Assembly (NCBI GenBank): GCA_963924565.1
Contig: OZ004615.1
Location: 22,382,001 to 22,446,000 of the forward strand
Direction of reading: 5' to 3'
Origin: Ascidiella aspersa
Lineage: Eukaryota
Length of the DNA stretch: 64,000 nucleotides
A model generated the notes under the pieces. The model ran no database searches. It saw only the letters and a program-made list of their open reading frames with translations, and was not told the origin of the DNA. Below are positions 13,001 to 28,000 of this stretch, one piece after another. A program made the translations under genes and the position numbers. Numbering within the stretch: position 1 is the stretch's first letter; every line of letters starts with the position of its first letter.

Positions 13001-16000
13001 GCTATGTAAGCCAGAAGAAATCACTGACAATCAAAATGGTGAAAAACGCTTTATTTTTCAAGATTTTTTTTTATTCATCTTGCTATTCCCTGTCATTTAT
13101 AAGCTAGATGTTTAACATTAATGTTTGGATCTTTAAGTAGAACTTTAAGTTCAGCTTAAAACTCCATGCCTCTGTAAAAACTTCTCTAATTATTTTGTTT
13201 TAAAATATACTGTTTAGCAAAAGTGTGTATAGCTATTCGCATGTAAAAGACATGTCAGAAAGATACATTGACAATCAAACATACTATTTAGCAAAAGGGT
13301 GCATCGTTTTTCGCATGTAAAAGACGTAAAACATCCATTTGCATACAGTCGTTGTAATAATTAGTTTCGTTTCTCAGGATTTCACAGATCGCTTCGGTAG
13401 ACGCAATGATGCATGACCACATGACCGCTATGATTGGTCCGATGGACGCCTACTCCATGTCACGTGTCGCATCCTTCACTTCTCATTGGAATCTGCTCAA
13501 CTTCACGCCTGGCTGCATTTCAAGGGGACTCAGGGTGAGTGATAATAAGCATGTGGGAAAATGGAGTCTGCGTTTTGTTTCTTATAGACACGATTGAGTT
13601 GAGAAAGACTCATAGACAAAATTGAAAGTGCTCTTCATAGATTTCTGGTTGCCTAAATGAAATAGCAAGTCAAATTAGGGTTGTATTTCTGCAGGATTTT
13701 ATCCAAAAAATTGAGCTTTGGAGCTTAACTGTAAAAGTGTTGTGAAACATAAACTCTATAAAAGTGTTAGGAATACAGGATTTTTGTGTCCGTCGGACAT
13801 ATGCCTCTTTTAGCCTGTCAAAATTTTTTTTTTATTAGAATGGCGACCTAAAACTAAACGTTTTTTTACGCGGTTACGAAATGAACGTTTTGTTTTCAGT
13901 AATGACTGATTGTAATTGGAACAGAGACTTACATTTTTGTTCAGATTGGTTTTGTTTAACATCCCATGCTTAGCAATAGTTTGGGTTGACAAAATTTTTT
14001 TAACTTTAAAAAATTGTGTCGCCGCAGAAAGGCCGAGAAACTCAAAGCAACGATGACCTCGTTGTTTCTGATGCTTGTTCCGAAGCTTAAGCTAATGTTG
14101 AGTCGAGGTTCGTTAAACTCACGGCCGAACGCGCCTATATTAATTTATTTTGGTCGTTGCATCGGATTAGACTTTGAGCTTGACACGGGCCGCAAGATGT
14201 TTGCTGTGATTGACGTCTGTTTACGCCGCCATTAAACGGTTTACGTTTAAAGTTCGACTTTTGTTGTTGGGGAAGGGAATTCGCCGAAAATCGCGCTCGA
14301 GACTGTATGGGCGAAAACAATTAAAAGTCAGACGTTAGTTAAATGTTTCAATGCGATATCTGGAGGTAAAAAAGAGCTGAATTCGCATTTTGTTTGCTTA
14401 AACCACATGCGATTGTGTTGGGACTTGTGATCAATTACCTCAAGTGCGTTGCCGTTGCACGCTAACACCGTATGAGATTGTTGCAAAAGGTGGCGAAGAA
14501 AAGAAAAAGTTAAGCCGCTTTTATCTCGTTCGGAAATCGCCCGGCACACTTGTGTGCTTGAGATCGGAGCGACCTGTAAATGACTCCTACAATTTGCGAG
14601 CAAAATAGTCGCAAACCGCGCCTCTGTGGTGAGTGCTTGGGTAAAACCCGCGTGTTAGTTCCTATTTCAAGCTACAGCGTATAATGAACACTTTGTACTT
14701 AATCTGGTTGCGACCTAAAGGCCAGCTTGACCACACCCGAAAAAAACGAACTTTTTAGGAAATTCGACATACTAGATCTGCCGTATTAGAATTCTAATCA
14801 AGGCCTGGCCTTAATCTGTCGCAGCTGCAGCCCGTAATTAGCCAAGTGTTTTCAACCGACAATTTACTGGAGATGCTTCAGGTTTTACGTAGTAACCGCC
14901 GGAAAAACGGTGGTCTTACAAAGTGGCTATTTCGCGTACCACCACACATACCGTTGAGGCTTTTCGTGGAATTACGAAAGGCCGCCATTAGGTGCAAGGG
15001 AAACACACAATAAGACCTACAAGGCAGCACAATATCTAAAGCAGAAAAATCTCTAGTACTATAACATTCAGACCAACGACATAATAAAGCTAAATAATAC
15101 ACAGTAATATCCACTACAGGATAAGATCTATGACTGGAATCCGGTACAGAGTTGCTAGGCAATATAGCGCTGGGCGGTAAAATTAGTATCAATTAAATCA
15201 AACCATTCCTGCTGAGGTTTACTTTGGAAAGATTCGTTTTCGTTTTAATATTTACCGTAAATTCCTAAAAAAGGCCAATGCACGATTCTGCACATCATAT
15301 CAGTTTGTGGGTTTCATTTAATCTCGACCAAATAACAAACAGTACAAGAACAAACTTTGTCGAAAAACAATTTTTTCTTCGTTTAGAATCATTCAAGCTT
15401 CGTACCTACGAACAGTTCTCCTTGTAGCGTGTCAAGTGTTATTTCTTAGAAATGGTTTTTCAAAGTGTTATAAGCGGAAACATCAAGACCAGGCAAAACT
15501 TGAAACGGATGGCAATTGTCCACCTTCACACAAATAAATCAACGCAGGTTAATTGTACATCCGCTGGCTAATCTTGCCAGATTCACTGAGTGCTGGTTAA
15601 AGCCGAATCACCACTAATATCATGGTATTACCAGTAATGCCTATACATCATCAAGTTGATCTTCAAAAGATCATTACAAGCGCGGGTTATTTTGAAAGTA
15701 GGTCAAAATCAAACAGTCACAACTCATCAGCTTTGTTAAACCAACGTTTCGGCTTACTATTCGGAAAGTTTTCATCGGGGAATGACACACATAGCCAACA
15801 AGACGGACGCGTTGGTTTAACAAATATATAACAGAAGAACTTATTTTTATTATACTAAGCCTGGTAGCAACATCATATTTAACTCATCAGGTTGTTTGTT
15901 AACTGTCGAGTCGTTAAACTTGTTTGTTTTAACTTAAGTTCATTTCGCCAACTGGTTCTTCCACGGTTGTCCAAAGTGAATGCTGTTTTTGACCTATCAC

Positions 16001-19000
16001 AGAGCATGACTCCTCCAGTCTTGTAATTCAGGTTGCGCAGAACTCTAAAAAAGCTCAATATGGCAATCTTAGCGTGGCGTAAACACGGAAGTGTTTTGCA
16101 AAGGCTTGATCATATCTCAAAAGTTGCCATGGCTAAACTTCTTGTACTAACGCAACGCCAACCAAAACAGTTTCGCGATGATGGTATATACTTGTGGTGG
16201 TAGTTCAAGCGACCATAAATATTTTAAGGAAGAGATCGTAGAACTATATGCTCTAGAAGGCTATAGATTTAAAGCCTGTAACTGTGTTTCTCAACCTATG
16301 GGTCGCGATCCAAAATTCGGTCGCCTATACTGCATTTAGTATTATTTGGTTAGATTTATTGAGATTGGTTCTGCACAAGATTGCTTGAACATTTGGGCAA
16401 ATTAAAGAACCAATAGAAATACAGCATATCAATTAAATTTGAACTTAATAATGCTATGATCCTATGTTTTGTTCGCTTACAAAAAGTTAAGTGAATATAA
16501 TAGGATCGCAAAAGTTTTATTGTTGTACCTATACGCTTATAATTTGGACGCTGCGAAAAAAAGTTGAGAAACACTGGCCTCAGAAATACATAGCTACATT
16601 TCAAGCCGCCGCTACGATAATTATTTTTTTCTTTTCCCAAACACATAAACGCGTCCAATACTGGATCATCATAACAGATGCAACACGCCATATCCAAAAG
16701 TCAACGTCGTGTTGTTAAATCCACGTAAACCACCATTACGTCTCGAACAGTAGAGCGATTTCGCTGTGACATTATTACAAATTGGGGTGAGGCACGTTTT
16801 ATATTAAGGGCACGTTTTGAAATTCTAAAGTCCACCTTTATAAGCAGCATTCAGGTTTTGCAAAGGGCAAGGCTGTAACGTTTTGCAAAAACAAGTCTTT
16901 CGCATAAACAAGTTTTCGTCTTCGAGCGGGCTTTGTTCATTTCCAGCTTGTTGGTGCCATGAATATTTCAACGACTTCAGCGCGACTTTTACTTGCGAAG
17001 AAAAACGTCAGGACAGTTTTAAAAAGCCACGAAAATATATATTTTGTTACAGTATAATTTAGAGTTGTCATAATTAAAAAGGGATAATCATATAAAGTTA
17101 CCAAACGTTTACACTGTTAATGTGACCATCATCTATGATCGTTTTACTTAAGTACTATAGTTAATTCTCACACTTCATTCCAAAAAAGGCGGCCTAGCTA
17201 TATACATTGGTCAAGTTTAACTATATATTATTTCAGCTATCACACAGGTTGTCATTGGATATTTATCTATTTTTTATGCCGTATACATAAATTTAAGAAG
17301 ACTATATAATGAAAAAAAAAACAGTATTTCTAAAAAAACAAATTTATTTAATTTGGTTTTAAAGACTATTTATAATACAATCTTTAAATAATAATTCGTT
17401 TTAAACTGATTATTATTCGTCACGAAGAAGAAAAATGAGTTCTAACCTTCTTATATTGAGCAACTGAAACGCATATACAACATGTGTATTCTGCGATCAA
17501 GCAGAATGCATTAATACTCACAACATGTTGTTTGTCAAGTCGTTGAATCACCCAACAGTTGTGTTCAAACCTCACAACGTTTTTAGCAAATTTTAGCAAA
17601 CGGCCCGGCTTGACCGTCATTAAAAAAACAACATAGCGTGCGATGCGGTGCGGTGCGGTGCGGTGCGGTGCGGTGCGTCTGGACGCCAAACTTGGGTGGT
17701 TTGTGGGAAAAACAAGTGCTCGGAGCGCAGCGGTGGCGTACGACTCGCGTTGTGGTCGAATTCCCGCCCGTCCTTTCCTGCCGTCGGGCCAACGCCGTTA
17801 GATTGCAATCGACCGATCGCCGGCAGATTTACAGGGCCGACAGGGTCGCGCGCTAATAGAGTGCCCGACATGAAATGGGACACCTGCTTATGCCGGGTGT
17901 CACAAAAAAACCTTGAATGCTAAAAGCCGACATTCGACGCAGTTTGGGAAAAATGGAATCTAGGATTTTCGTGTAAACGTTTGATTTTAAAGCGTATCTA
18001 TCCCATCGTATTTTATATCTGAAAAAATGTGTAGTGCATTCTACAACCTGGAAAAAAAATCTAATGCATTCTGTAAGCCTGGAGAGAACATCAATCAGTA
18101 AAATGAAAATATGTATGCTTTAATTACACATTAAGAAAGATTCTAAAAAGCTTTTTCAGCTTAATTCGCAAAGTAAATAGGTTGACGCCTATTTTCAAAC
18201 ATTTACAATAATAATAAAGTGCCTATATCTGTTTTATTACTTAGATTAAATTTATTTAAAGAACACCCAATTGTCCGTAGTATGCGTGTAGAATCGCTAA
18301 TAGACAACACTTGAATACGCCTTAAAGCCCATTCAACACCTCAATTTCAGTCAATAACAGCAAGCAAAGCTTCAGGTATCATACTTGACATGCCCATGCC
18401 CAACCATCTCGGAATGTGGCTTTAAACAACAGATTCCAATAAAAAGGCCAATTTAAACGGCCAGTTTACAAGGAATTTTTTCAATCACGCTCTCGTGCCT
18501 TTTTTCTTGTGTGTCAGTATAAATGGCCACTTTCTTAGAAAGCCGGCTCAAAATTTAGAACTACACGTTCAGTCGCAATTGGTACAGGCCGAAAAAAACG
18601 GAGCCGGCCGCAATTCAATGGCCTTTTGCGGCCCGAAAAATGCGACACCCGAGTCTGTTTGTCACTTTTGGCACTGAGGAGAAAATGGCGGCGAAACGAT
18701 GATGGGTCAATAGGATAAGATCTCGAAATCGTTCATCGTCGAATTCGTCACTCTCTTGCACTGCCTGTAGCCGCGTTTGTTGCGTAACAAAGGCCATTCA
18801 CCGTTTTGCTTGTTTGACCAAATTTGAAGCTAAACAAAACGCTATTTTATGCTTTTTGCACGCTGTTACTTCCCAATTCGCAAGATTTTGTCAAAAATTC
18901 GCTTTGGTTCTGGGAATATTTGGCACAGGGAAACAGGAAACAAGCAAATTTTTATCTTGTTTATCAATCTTGAATCTGATATCCTATTGCAATATCAGAC

Positions 19001-22000
19001 GGGTGCAAAAACGAACGAATCCCGTTATTTTTGAGAGCATTTCAGTACGTTTTCAAATTGGCTGTCACATGTTGTGACTCACTGCTCCTATGGTTTGTGG
19101 AGAAACTTGATAAAAACTAAGCGTCAAAACACATTTTCAAAGACGTAAAGTGCTGCTTTGGGTTCCAGAAAAAAGAGTGTCTTGTTTTGTTTGTAAATAT
19201 TTATTTGAAAAATTTGCGTACAGTTCATCTAAATAGCAAACCATTGCCAGTTCTTTATTAGTTTTTGTGAAAAAGTGTTGTTCTCCATTGCGTTTCCCGA
19301 AATTAAATGATGATTTGCACAAAATATTTAGTTAAATTAGTACCATCATTGCGTGTTTTAGTCATAACGCAGAAAATAAGAGTTATTTCACCCGCAAAAT
19401 TAGCTACTTTAAAGGCAGTGTTATACCTTCTTCCCTTTTTAGCATTTCTCTACCCACACATCTTTCAATTTCTCAAAGTATCTTGCATTTGGCATGTTTT
19501 TCAAACCCCATTTCGCGCCATTTATTTTCCTGGAAGTGGCAAACTTGCCGAGGTAGAAAAAGGGTCGCATATGTTTGTTTCTAGACCGGCGCCCACATTT
19601 GGACAATCATAAATTAATGCAGACATGGTGACATTCTACGTTCAATTGCTTTATAATTCCGATCAAAAACTCTTTTTTATTATCAGAGACTTTGCGTGGA
19701 ATAAAGCATTGCAACAAAACCGGGTTTTTAACAAAACAGCTTTTTAAACTGCCTTCCAGTGGCCAAACAATCTGCATCGTTTATATCTCGAGCGTTTTTA
19801 CGGTGGAGATTGGTGCGAGGCGCCTCGTGTTTACAGCTTGGTGCAACTGTACACACAACAGGCTCGGTTAGATCGAGTTGCCCGATAGAACTCGCCCAAT
19901 GTCGATGCTGATGCTGCTGCTGCGTCGATGCCATAAGCTTGCCTGTATGCCTGGAGACATATAACGGCAAAAGCGTTGTGTAAAAGCATCTGTATAGGCA
20001 GCAACAATAGCGCACGGCAATAATCACTGTTGCGAGATTTGTAACAGCAATAAAAACTTCGCGATTCTTACACTAAGCGTCTTATTGACTCGTAAACTAA
20101 ACTGTTAGCTACGACTTGTTTTGAAAATTATCGTTTACAGCGTTCGGTTTTGTAGAACGTGCTTGTAAGGTTTTAAGCTTGGCAATTTTTTCACCAGAAT
20201 ACAATAGCGTTATTATCTTGAAACACTGCTCCAGTTATTACGCGTATAGTGCTACTGGATGTCGTGCAATGTTTGGGAAATTTTGTAGGAACACAACACT
20301 TAAATTGTAGGGTTATATTGGCCGTTTGGTACGGCTGAGCATATTCGTTCCAACATTGTTAAATCATTAACTATTTCCTTCTTAATTTGTTGTTCCAAGT
20401 CGTTTTTTTTTATGAAAGCACATATTGGCACAATGTAAGTTAGCATAGAACAAAAAGTTAAATGAAGGGTTGAAATAATACCAACATCACTTTTACTTTG
20501 TTACCTTCTGTTTTACTTATTTAATTCAACAACGTTCATCATATAACCATCGTACAAAGTTTTAAAATTTAAAGGCACACGGCCTTTTCAAGTATATTTG
20601 AAAGTCGTGCAATCATTCGAAAAAAAGTTGAAACAATAAGAAGAGCTGAAACAAAGTGGTACACAGTCTTTTATCAAATTACCGAAAGTGTTTTAAAATT
20701 TTACGTCAACACGAAGGCTAAATGTGCCTTAACAGCGCATTTTAGTAAATAGTGAAAGACTCTCATACAACGTAAAATGAGACGAGAGTAATTTGATTTG
20801 AAACTGTGCATGTGGTGAAGCCACTTCCGTGTCCATCGACCTCAAGAGATTAATCCCATTGCTCTTGCAGCAAGCGCGGTCGACGCCCTTCGCTAATCCA
20901 AGGCCGAGATAAACCGAACCGGGTCATTAGTAAGCCGAAAATATTGCAACCGCTCTCTCTCTGTCTTGCTTGGCAGCGCTCGCCGCCTGGGTCGCCTAAT
21001 CCTTGGACCTACGTCATTCGGTGACGTCACTTGGACCTCTGTCGCGACCTCTCTGGTTTTTCGGCGTTCGATTTCGAGACATGAGTCTCCGACATTCTGC
21101 GAAGCAGGGTCTCGAGATTTTTTTTCGACTTATGTAAGGATAGGTGTCGTTGTTTTTACTGGAAATTTTAGTTATAAAACCGATAAACAACTGAAATATT
21201 CGTATGCAGGTGTCTACCACTGCGATCTATAGTCTTCAAGAAGTCTATATGATCAATGACGCAGTACACATGTCATAATACTTGATGAAACGATTTCGGT
21301 TGGCCCTCCTGAAGTTTACGATGTAACTAATAAACAAACTAAACAGCTTACTTTACAATTTGGTTCTTTTTAGTGCTCGCGAAACAGCAGTAAACAATTC
21401 TTAACTGGCACCTACAATCGCCTCATTACAGTTTCTCTATAGAATGTTTAAAAATTGGTTCTTATAAGGTATGTCCAACTGTTTTCCGTATGGTTTATTC
21501 GCGAAAGAGGTTTCATAAGCTTGACACTTGGTTTCCTGCCATACAAAATTCGCACGGGTTTCTCCAATCGGCATACTCTTACACGCCGGAAGTTTGTCCA
21601 AAATCAAAACAGAAATCCTATGAACCGAAACACTCATATAAACAATGTGTATAATCTGTGATCAAGCCCTTGCCTTGCTTGCACGAAAATCCTGATTAGG
21701 CCGACCGATTTTTTTTTTGAGCCTTTCTGAAAGTTAAGTTTGCAGTCCGACTGTATCGGTCACACTTTTCGAAAGCATCATGTGTAGAAGTCATAAGTAT
21801 TCGATACATTTCTAATTTTTATATGAACCGAAACATTCATATACACAATGTGTATAATGTGAGTTCAAACCCTGACCTTGCTTGCACGAAAAATCCTTTT
21901 GGCCGGCTGTCCTTTCCGGAGGCATCATTCGCAGAAGTCATTTGTTTACGATAAGCTTTTTATTTGCAGAGCCCGTACAAAGGCGATGAAGCAGCTACGA

Positions 22001-25000
22001 CCTTGGTGAGAACTGGACCGGTTGAAACACAGGTTGGAAACTGCGTCGCATCGATCCTCGGTTACTACAACTGGTCGACCACAGCCACCGAAGTATTTGA
22101 CGACAACCTTCATGAAAGGTGGGTACGAAACAATTGAACGATCGTAATCACCTTACATGAGATTTATAAGCGATTGGCAGTTAAGAAATGGCTAAAGCAA
22201 TTTTCAAGCCCCGGTTAAGTGAACACCTTTTTTCCAAGGCCCGAAAGAGTTGAATAGTCTTTCCAAGGCCCGAAAGACTCTAAAGTAATGTCGTGTATGG
22301 TAGAGCCTAGAATCAAGTGTTTTAAAGCTAAAAATCGCAGTTACGACGAACCTTATTCTTGATTGGTGAAATATTAATTTGTCAAATTTTAAATGCTGTT
22401 AATAGCTTTAATCATATTTTGGGGAAGTTTCTGTAAATAATTTAAAATTTTAAAAGAAATGAGATAAACTAATATTGTACGCCAGCGAAAAGAAAAATGT
22501 CACTGAAAACATCACATCAACATTAGCAGTATAAGTAATCCGTAGCATTAAGCCATACTTCAAGGAGACAAATTCGAATTCGTAAAAAAACAAGCATCTT
22601 AAAGGTAAAATCCTGACAAAACTAAATGAATGTGGGAAATCCTTTATTCTCAGCATCACCAAAAATCTGATTTCCTTTTACACAGCAGTGTTCGGTAACA
22701 TACACTCACAGTGTGGCTCCATTATGGAAAGTGTAGCATTGCGCTAAGCCAGTAAACGCATTAATCCTCCACACATATTAGCAGAAAGCCGCAAGCATGC
22801 GCGTCACACGGGGCCATGTGTCCAGGCAAAATGTTGTGTGTGGTGACCATACACCCGCTCGACCTTTCGGCGCACGCAACGTTGTAGAATTCGTCAATAT
22901 CTTATATAAGCGCGAGGGCTTCCCAGAAGAGAGATCAACGTTCCTGGAAGAGACTGGAACCAGTCCTATAGCCGCATTTTTCGTCGACTTACGAAAAACC
23001 GACGCCATTTTGCGAGCTCGGTCTGTAATTAATTGTTTTACTGGCCAACATATTTATTTTCTGGCAACATCTTGTTATTTGTTAACGTTTATCTTTAACA
23101 ATTAACATTGAGTTGTTATAAAAGACGTCTTATGAATATCCAGTGGGTAACGTTGTTAATATGTGTTTGCGGAGATTTCAAGCAACCATCATTGTAAACA
23201 TATAGCATCGGAATTCATCTTGTTATTATAAAATAAATTAGCAACATGATTAGGAAAATTCTGAAATCAGATATTAAAAAACATTTCGGTTTCAGCCCCA
23301 ACTTTTTGAAGTGCTTGACCGATGATGTTATATTACCATTGGTTTGACTCTGCGGTCTTTACAATGTTTACAAATGAAAAAAGTTGTGATATGCGAGCTG
23401 TTCGTGGTTCAGTATTCAAACCGCTCTAATCCGTTTATGATCAAGGTTATAATTTCTCACATTTAGATTGCCAGCTTAAATCATCTTCAGTGTACAGACA
23501 TTATTTATTAGCATCACCAACAAGCCGATTCCATCTAAATATAAGCGCCTTGCACGCATTCCTTCATTTTCAGATTTAACTATACTCAATTTGTTTTTAT
23601 GACCAGATTTCATTACTTTATGGCCGAAGGGATATACGAGCAAGTGATAAAGACAGACCCTAATTACAAGATGGAGCAAATTCGCCTGTCAGAATACTTG
23701 CAGGCCGACGGAACTTACAGCTACGACACGGCCATGAAGGCTCTCAACAACTTTGCCAGAGGTGAGAAAACAGTTGCCTACAAACTTGCTTGTATAATGG
23801 GCATTTGTTCCTTTCGGTTGCTTTACTAAGAAATCATTGACTTTGTCGCCGATTTATAAAATATGTGGTTCAGTTATATCGTAGTAAAACAGCCAGATAA
23901 CGTGCACATTGAATGTTAGCTTAATGAGGCAAGCATTATTTTTTTCCTTTCTTGAATTTATTTGTTAAGGGTTATATAATGTCAAATAATAGATTATTTT
24001 TATAGTTTTATTGGCCTTTAACAATAGAATACTCTAGCAAAGCGAGCAATTCATGTCAGACACCATTAAAAGATCGTAATTGCCAGCAAAGGCATCGTCA
24101 GTATATCTTATTTCGGATGAATCAATCTGAATTGTTGTTTTTCTCGAGTATTCAGCTGTTACTGATCAGGTCGACATTTAACTTGCAAAGGTCAAGGTGA
24201 TTTCCAATATCACATATTCAGTGCAACATTGGTCTCTAAAACGACCTTGTATTGCCAGAACACATGCGATGACAAAAATTGTAAGAAAATCAGTAATCAA
24301 AATCAGGAAAGATAAATTATGTTTCACAAATTTGGTGTCAAATGTAGGCTACAGAAAACCGAAACATTGAGTTCAAGCGGTTTAGAAGAGTTCGTCGAAC
24401 GAACCTATGCTCCAAACTGAAAATGAATCATTCTGAGAATCGAAAGATTCGGTCCCATCACCAATTCGGCAACGCCTTTCATCCTCTAGCGATAAATAAC
24501 CTCAACTTGTGACCGGGCCGTTGGTTTGTGATCTGCCAATGTTTTCAAAATCCGTTTGAGATTGGCGGTAATCTGACAACTGTTTGATTTGTGTTGTTTC
24601 TTGATCAAAGTGTGAGACCTGCACAGATATGTGGAAACTTGTTTCTTGATTTGTGCCACCAGCCTTTAACATTATTATACCGTATAAGGTAAGGGAATAC
24701 ATTCTTTAGTATAAAGCTTGTTTATCAAAATGGTCGCGAAAGGTTGGGTTTTATAAAGATTTCTAGAGCTATTTACAATGAAGAGTCAATATTGTTTCAG
24801 TGGTTTGTTACAAAATTAAATTGACAATTAACATCATTTTCTATTAGCATTTGCTCAATTTTATCATTGTAGTCAAAAGAAACACAGGTTTCTCAAAAGG
24901 ATCTTTGTTTAACTTTACGAAATGGCATTGTGGAGTATTGTTTAGGTGCAATGTATTTTTCCTGAGCAAAATTAACTCAGCAGGTTTGAGAGAAATATAC

Positions 25001-28000
25001 CCTAGCTTAACTTTTGTGGTTTAAGAATAGTTAACAAGTTATTCAAATAAATACACAGGCTTCATCTTCTAAAAAAGAACGGCTATGACAGAATGATTAA
25101 TGCTTAAAGCCTTCTAAAGGAAGTCAGCCAAAATTATACTGGAACCAAGAAGTAAAAACAGAACCATGCAGATTCATGCCACAACACTAGAAAGAAAGCT
25201 TGGCTTGCTGCATTCCCGTCAAACAGCAGATTGGGCGTTTTCGCAAGGCTATGGGACCAAAGATGGGCGATCTCTTCAGTTCAGATTTGTTTTGGTGTTT
25301 ACTCCTCGGACGTTAGCTTCTGCTAGCTCCCGTTACCTTTCCGCCACTATTTTGACAATCCTGACTTAAACCTGCGCCCGACAACCGACCAGTATTTTTT
25401 TCTTCCGACACGCATTAAAGCATCCGCCCAACTTGATCGTGTTAATTTTAACGTTGGCAATAGCAAGTCTTTGCATAGAATAATGCAAAGTCTTGGCATC
25501 ATAAAGGATATAAGTTGCAGTAAATTTATTGGAAAAAGGTACACAAGGGAGTCATCTTAGGTTAACGTTCGGAACAAATCTATCGGAATAAACAAAAAAA
25601 AACATCGGAAATGAATCACAAAAATTATTCGAAATTATCACACAATGTTACCTTCTTCTGTATGGGATTTTACATTCCCAAGAGTCGCCTGTTCGCATTT
25701 GATGTGTGATTATAGAAGCGTCTTTAATTACATTTTAAAAGAAGGAGATTGATAATTGGAATGATAAGTAAAGATTGGGAATATCGATTAAACTTGTACT
25801 TATTGTACTTCATTTGAGCGAGATTTTGCCTTCTCTAAATCCAAACTAACAAATCGTAGATCCACTTTAAAACGAGTGAAACTTCGGGAAAAAACTCTTT
25901 CAAAGCCCACAGAACAGTACTGTCGACTTTAAGGAGTTAAACTCGCGACACGAAGATTTACACGCAAATGCAAGGCGTCCATATTCCCAGAACAAACGGC
26001 CGATAAGCCCTGGGCAATGTTTTTAATGTCAGCATTTCGGCAGCAGCTTTTTGCATCGAAGAATGTCAAGGCTTAACTGACGACGGCCGCTAACGCTTAA
26101 CTAGAGAGCAAATCTCATCGATTTTAGTCAAAGCTTGAGCGAAGAAGGTATAAGGACATGCAAAGGAAACATGAAACAAGTATTAAGTAGAGATGGCCGT
26201 TTTCTATACGAAATACCTTAGGGAAATTCTATACGAAATACCTTAGGGAAATTCTATACGAAATACCTTAAAGATCACATTTCCGCACTTTCGTCGATTA
26301 CAAACTCCCATTCTTACAAATATTTTGCTTATCAACTGTTTGGCCTAAAAATATTTTTCCTTTTTTATGTGGTTCACTAAAGTCCTTAAGGTTCGCCATT
26401 TTAATACACTTTTAGCATAACTTCTCAGTTTATTAATAGAACTTCGACAAAGTTTTGCGTGATACTTTCAAATTAGGCCGGTATTAAAGTTCAATAAGCC
26501 ACAGGCGGGTATGAAGCGACAGCTATTACCCTTGTTTATTAGAATAAGATCGACTATTTTGTCGCACGCCCGACCCAAATCACGTCACATCGATAAGAAG
26601 TTCTCCAAATGACTAATTTTTCCGAGAAGTGTTTTTATTTTCATAAATGCGGGGGCGTCAAATAAACGGTGGATTTTTTCGAACTCGCAAAAATGTCTCA
26701 CGTTGCTAAAATAATTTATCCGTAATGGAGTAATTATGCGTGTAGGATCATTGTGTCAAAAATTCTGTATACTTTTTATTTGATAGATAATTTCCTAAAT
26801 GGTTTTACGATATATTCTGAAACAAGTCGTGTTATTAAAGGGCCTCTCTGTTGTATTCGTATAACTTTAATTTGGTACAAGTAACGCATAATTTTAATAG
26901 TTGTCAAACCTCGTGGTATGCCTAAAAAGGTTACAGTATTGCGAATGGCTAATATAAGGTGACTTGTCTTTTGGGGGGGGGGGCTGTTTTGTTTGAATGT
27001 TACAAGCGAGTAAGTATTCCGTGAAAACGCGTGTAGCACAGCATAACAGACTTTAGTGGGATAGCAACGGTAAAAACTTCCCTTAATCGTCAATCGTGTT
27101 CGCTTTGAGTGGCATTTGATTATTTTTAGTTGCAGCTAATAGCTTGTGTTATATGACTTGAAAGTAGGTCACTCGGACAATGCTAGATCGCAAAACATTC
27201 TCTCCAATGTTAATTTCAATTAGTTTTGCCATTTTGTTTTACAAAAGTCGTACATATATGGACTAAAATGAGTAAATTGGCGCGCCGTTGGAGCTAATCG
27301 TTAGAGGTTTTTATAAAAAATCCGGCAAAATATTGTTTTTCCAATGTCACAAAATCACATTTACTTAGAAAAACTATTTTTAAAATAAGGACATTTTAGA
27401 TGAAATGAAGTAACAGTAATGCTAGCTCCTCAAGCTTCGGTTTGTGTAGTTGACGCCGCCCTAGATTTATTCAAATGCGTAAACCACGTCTCGCGTAGGC
27501 CTCTGTGACATCATAATCGTAAAGACGCCCTTACTGTCACGTACGCAAGAGACTACACATTTTGCCCGGGAAGTATAGGCACGTCATTAGGAATTGCGAG
27601 CTTTTTAGATTTCCATCTAAAGGGTCTTCTAGCTCGGTGTCCTATGGGTCATTGCCCGTATATATTTGGTAATTGCGATTCGTTTTGGTTGTTTAGGGCG
27701 GTCGCAGGCTATTTTGGGGCCAATAATAACATCATCAAGGTGTTTTTCTTGCTCGCAATGCACCGAAATCAGTTTAAACCTAACAAAGCCATTCTCGTAT
27801 ACCGAAATTTATGATTATGTGTGTCAAGATCAATATTTAATATAAATAAAGTTTGTCTGTCAACGGTTTTATTAAAAACCAAAAGCGCGAGATTCTGCGT
27901 CTGACATGTAGATTGCCCATCCTTGAATACTTTTCCCTACCACCCAAAAGTAATCCCTGTAATCCCAGTAAAATAAACTGCTTCAAAGGGCAAGAATAAT

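Noticed and set aside
15940-16215. Possible decayed retroelement gag fragment on the minus strand ([11 protein letters not shown])
   Set aside because: Only a vague motif among several stops; needs a translated search against repeat protein libraries.
26202-26270. Short direct repeats as a CRISPR array (also 6728-6818, 22232-22277, 58875-58920)
   Set aside because: No series of unique spacers, no cas genes, eukaryotic intronic or intergenic context.
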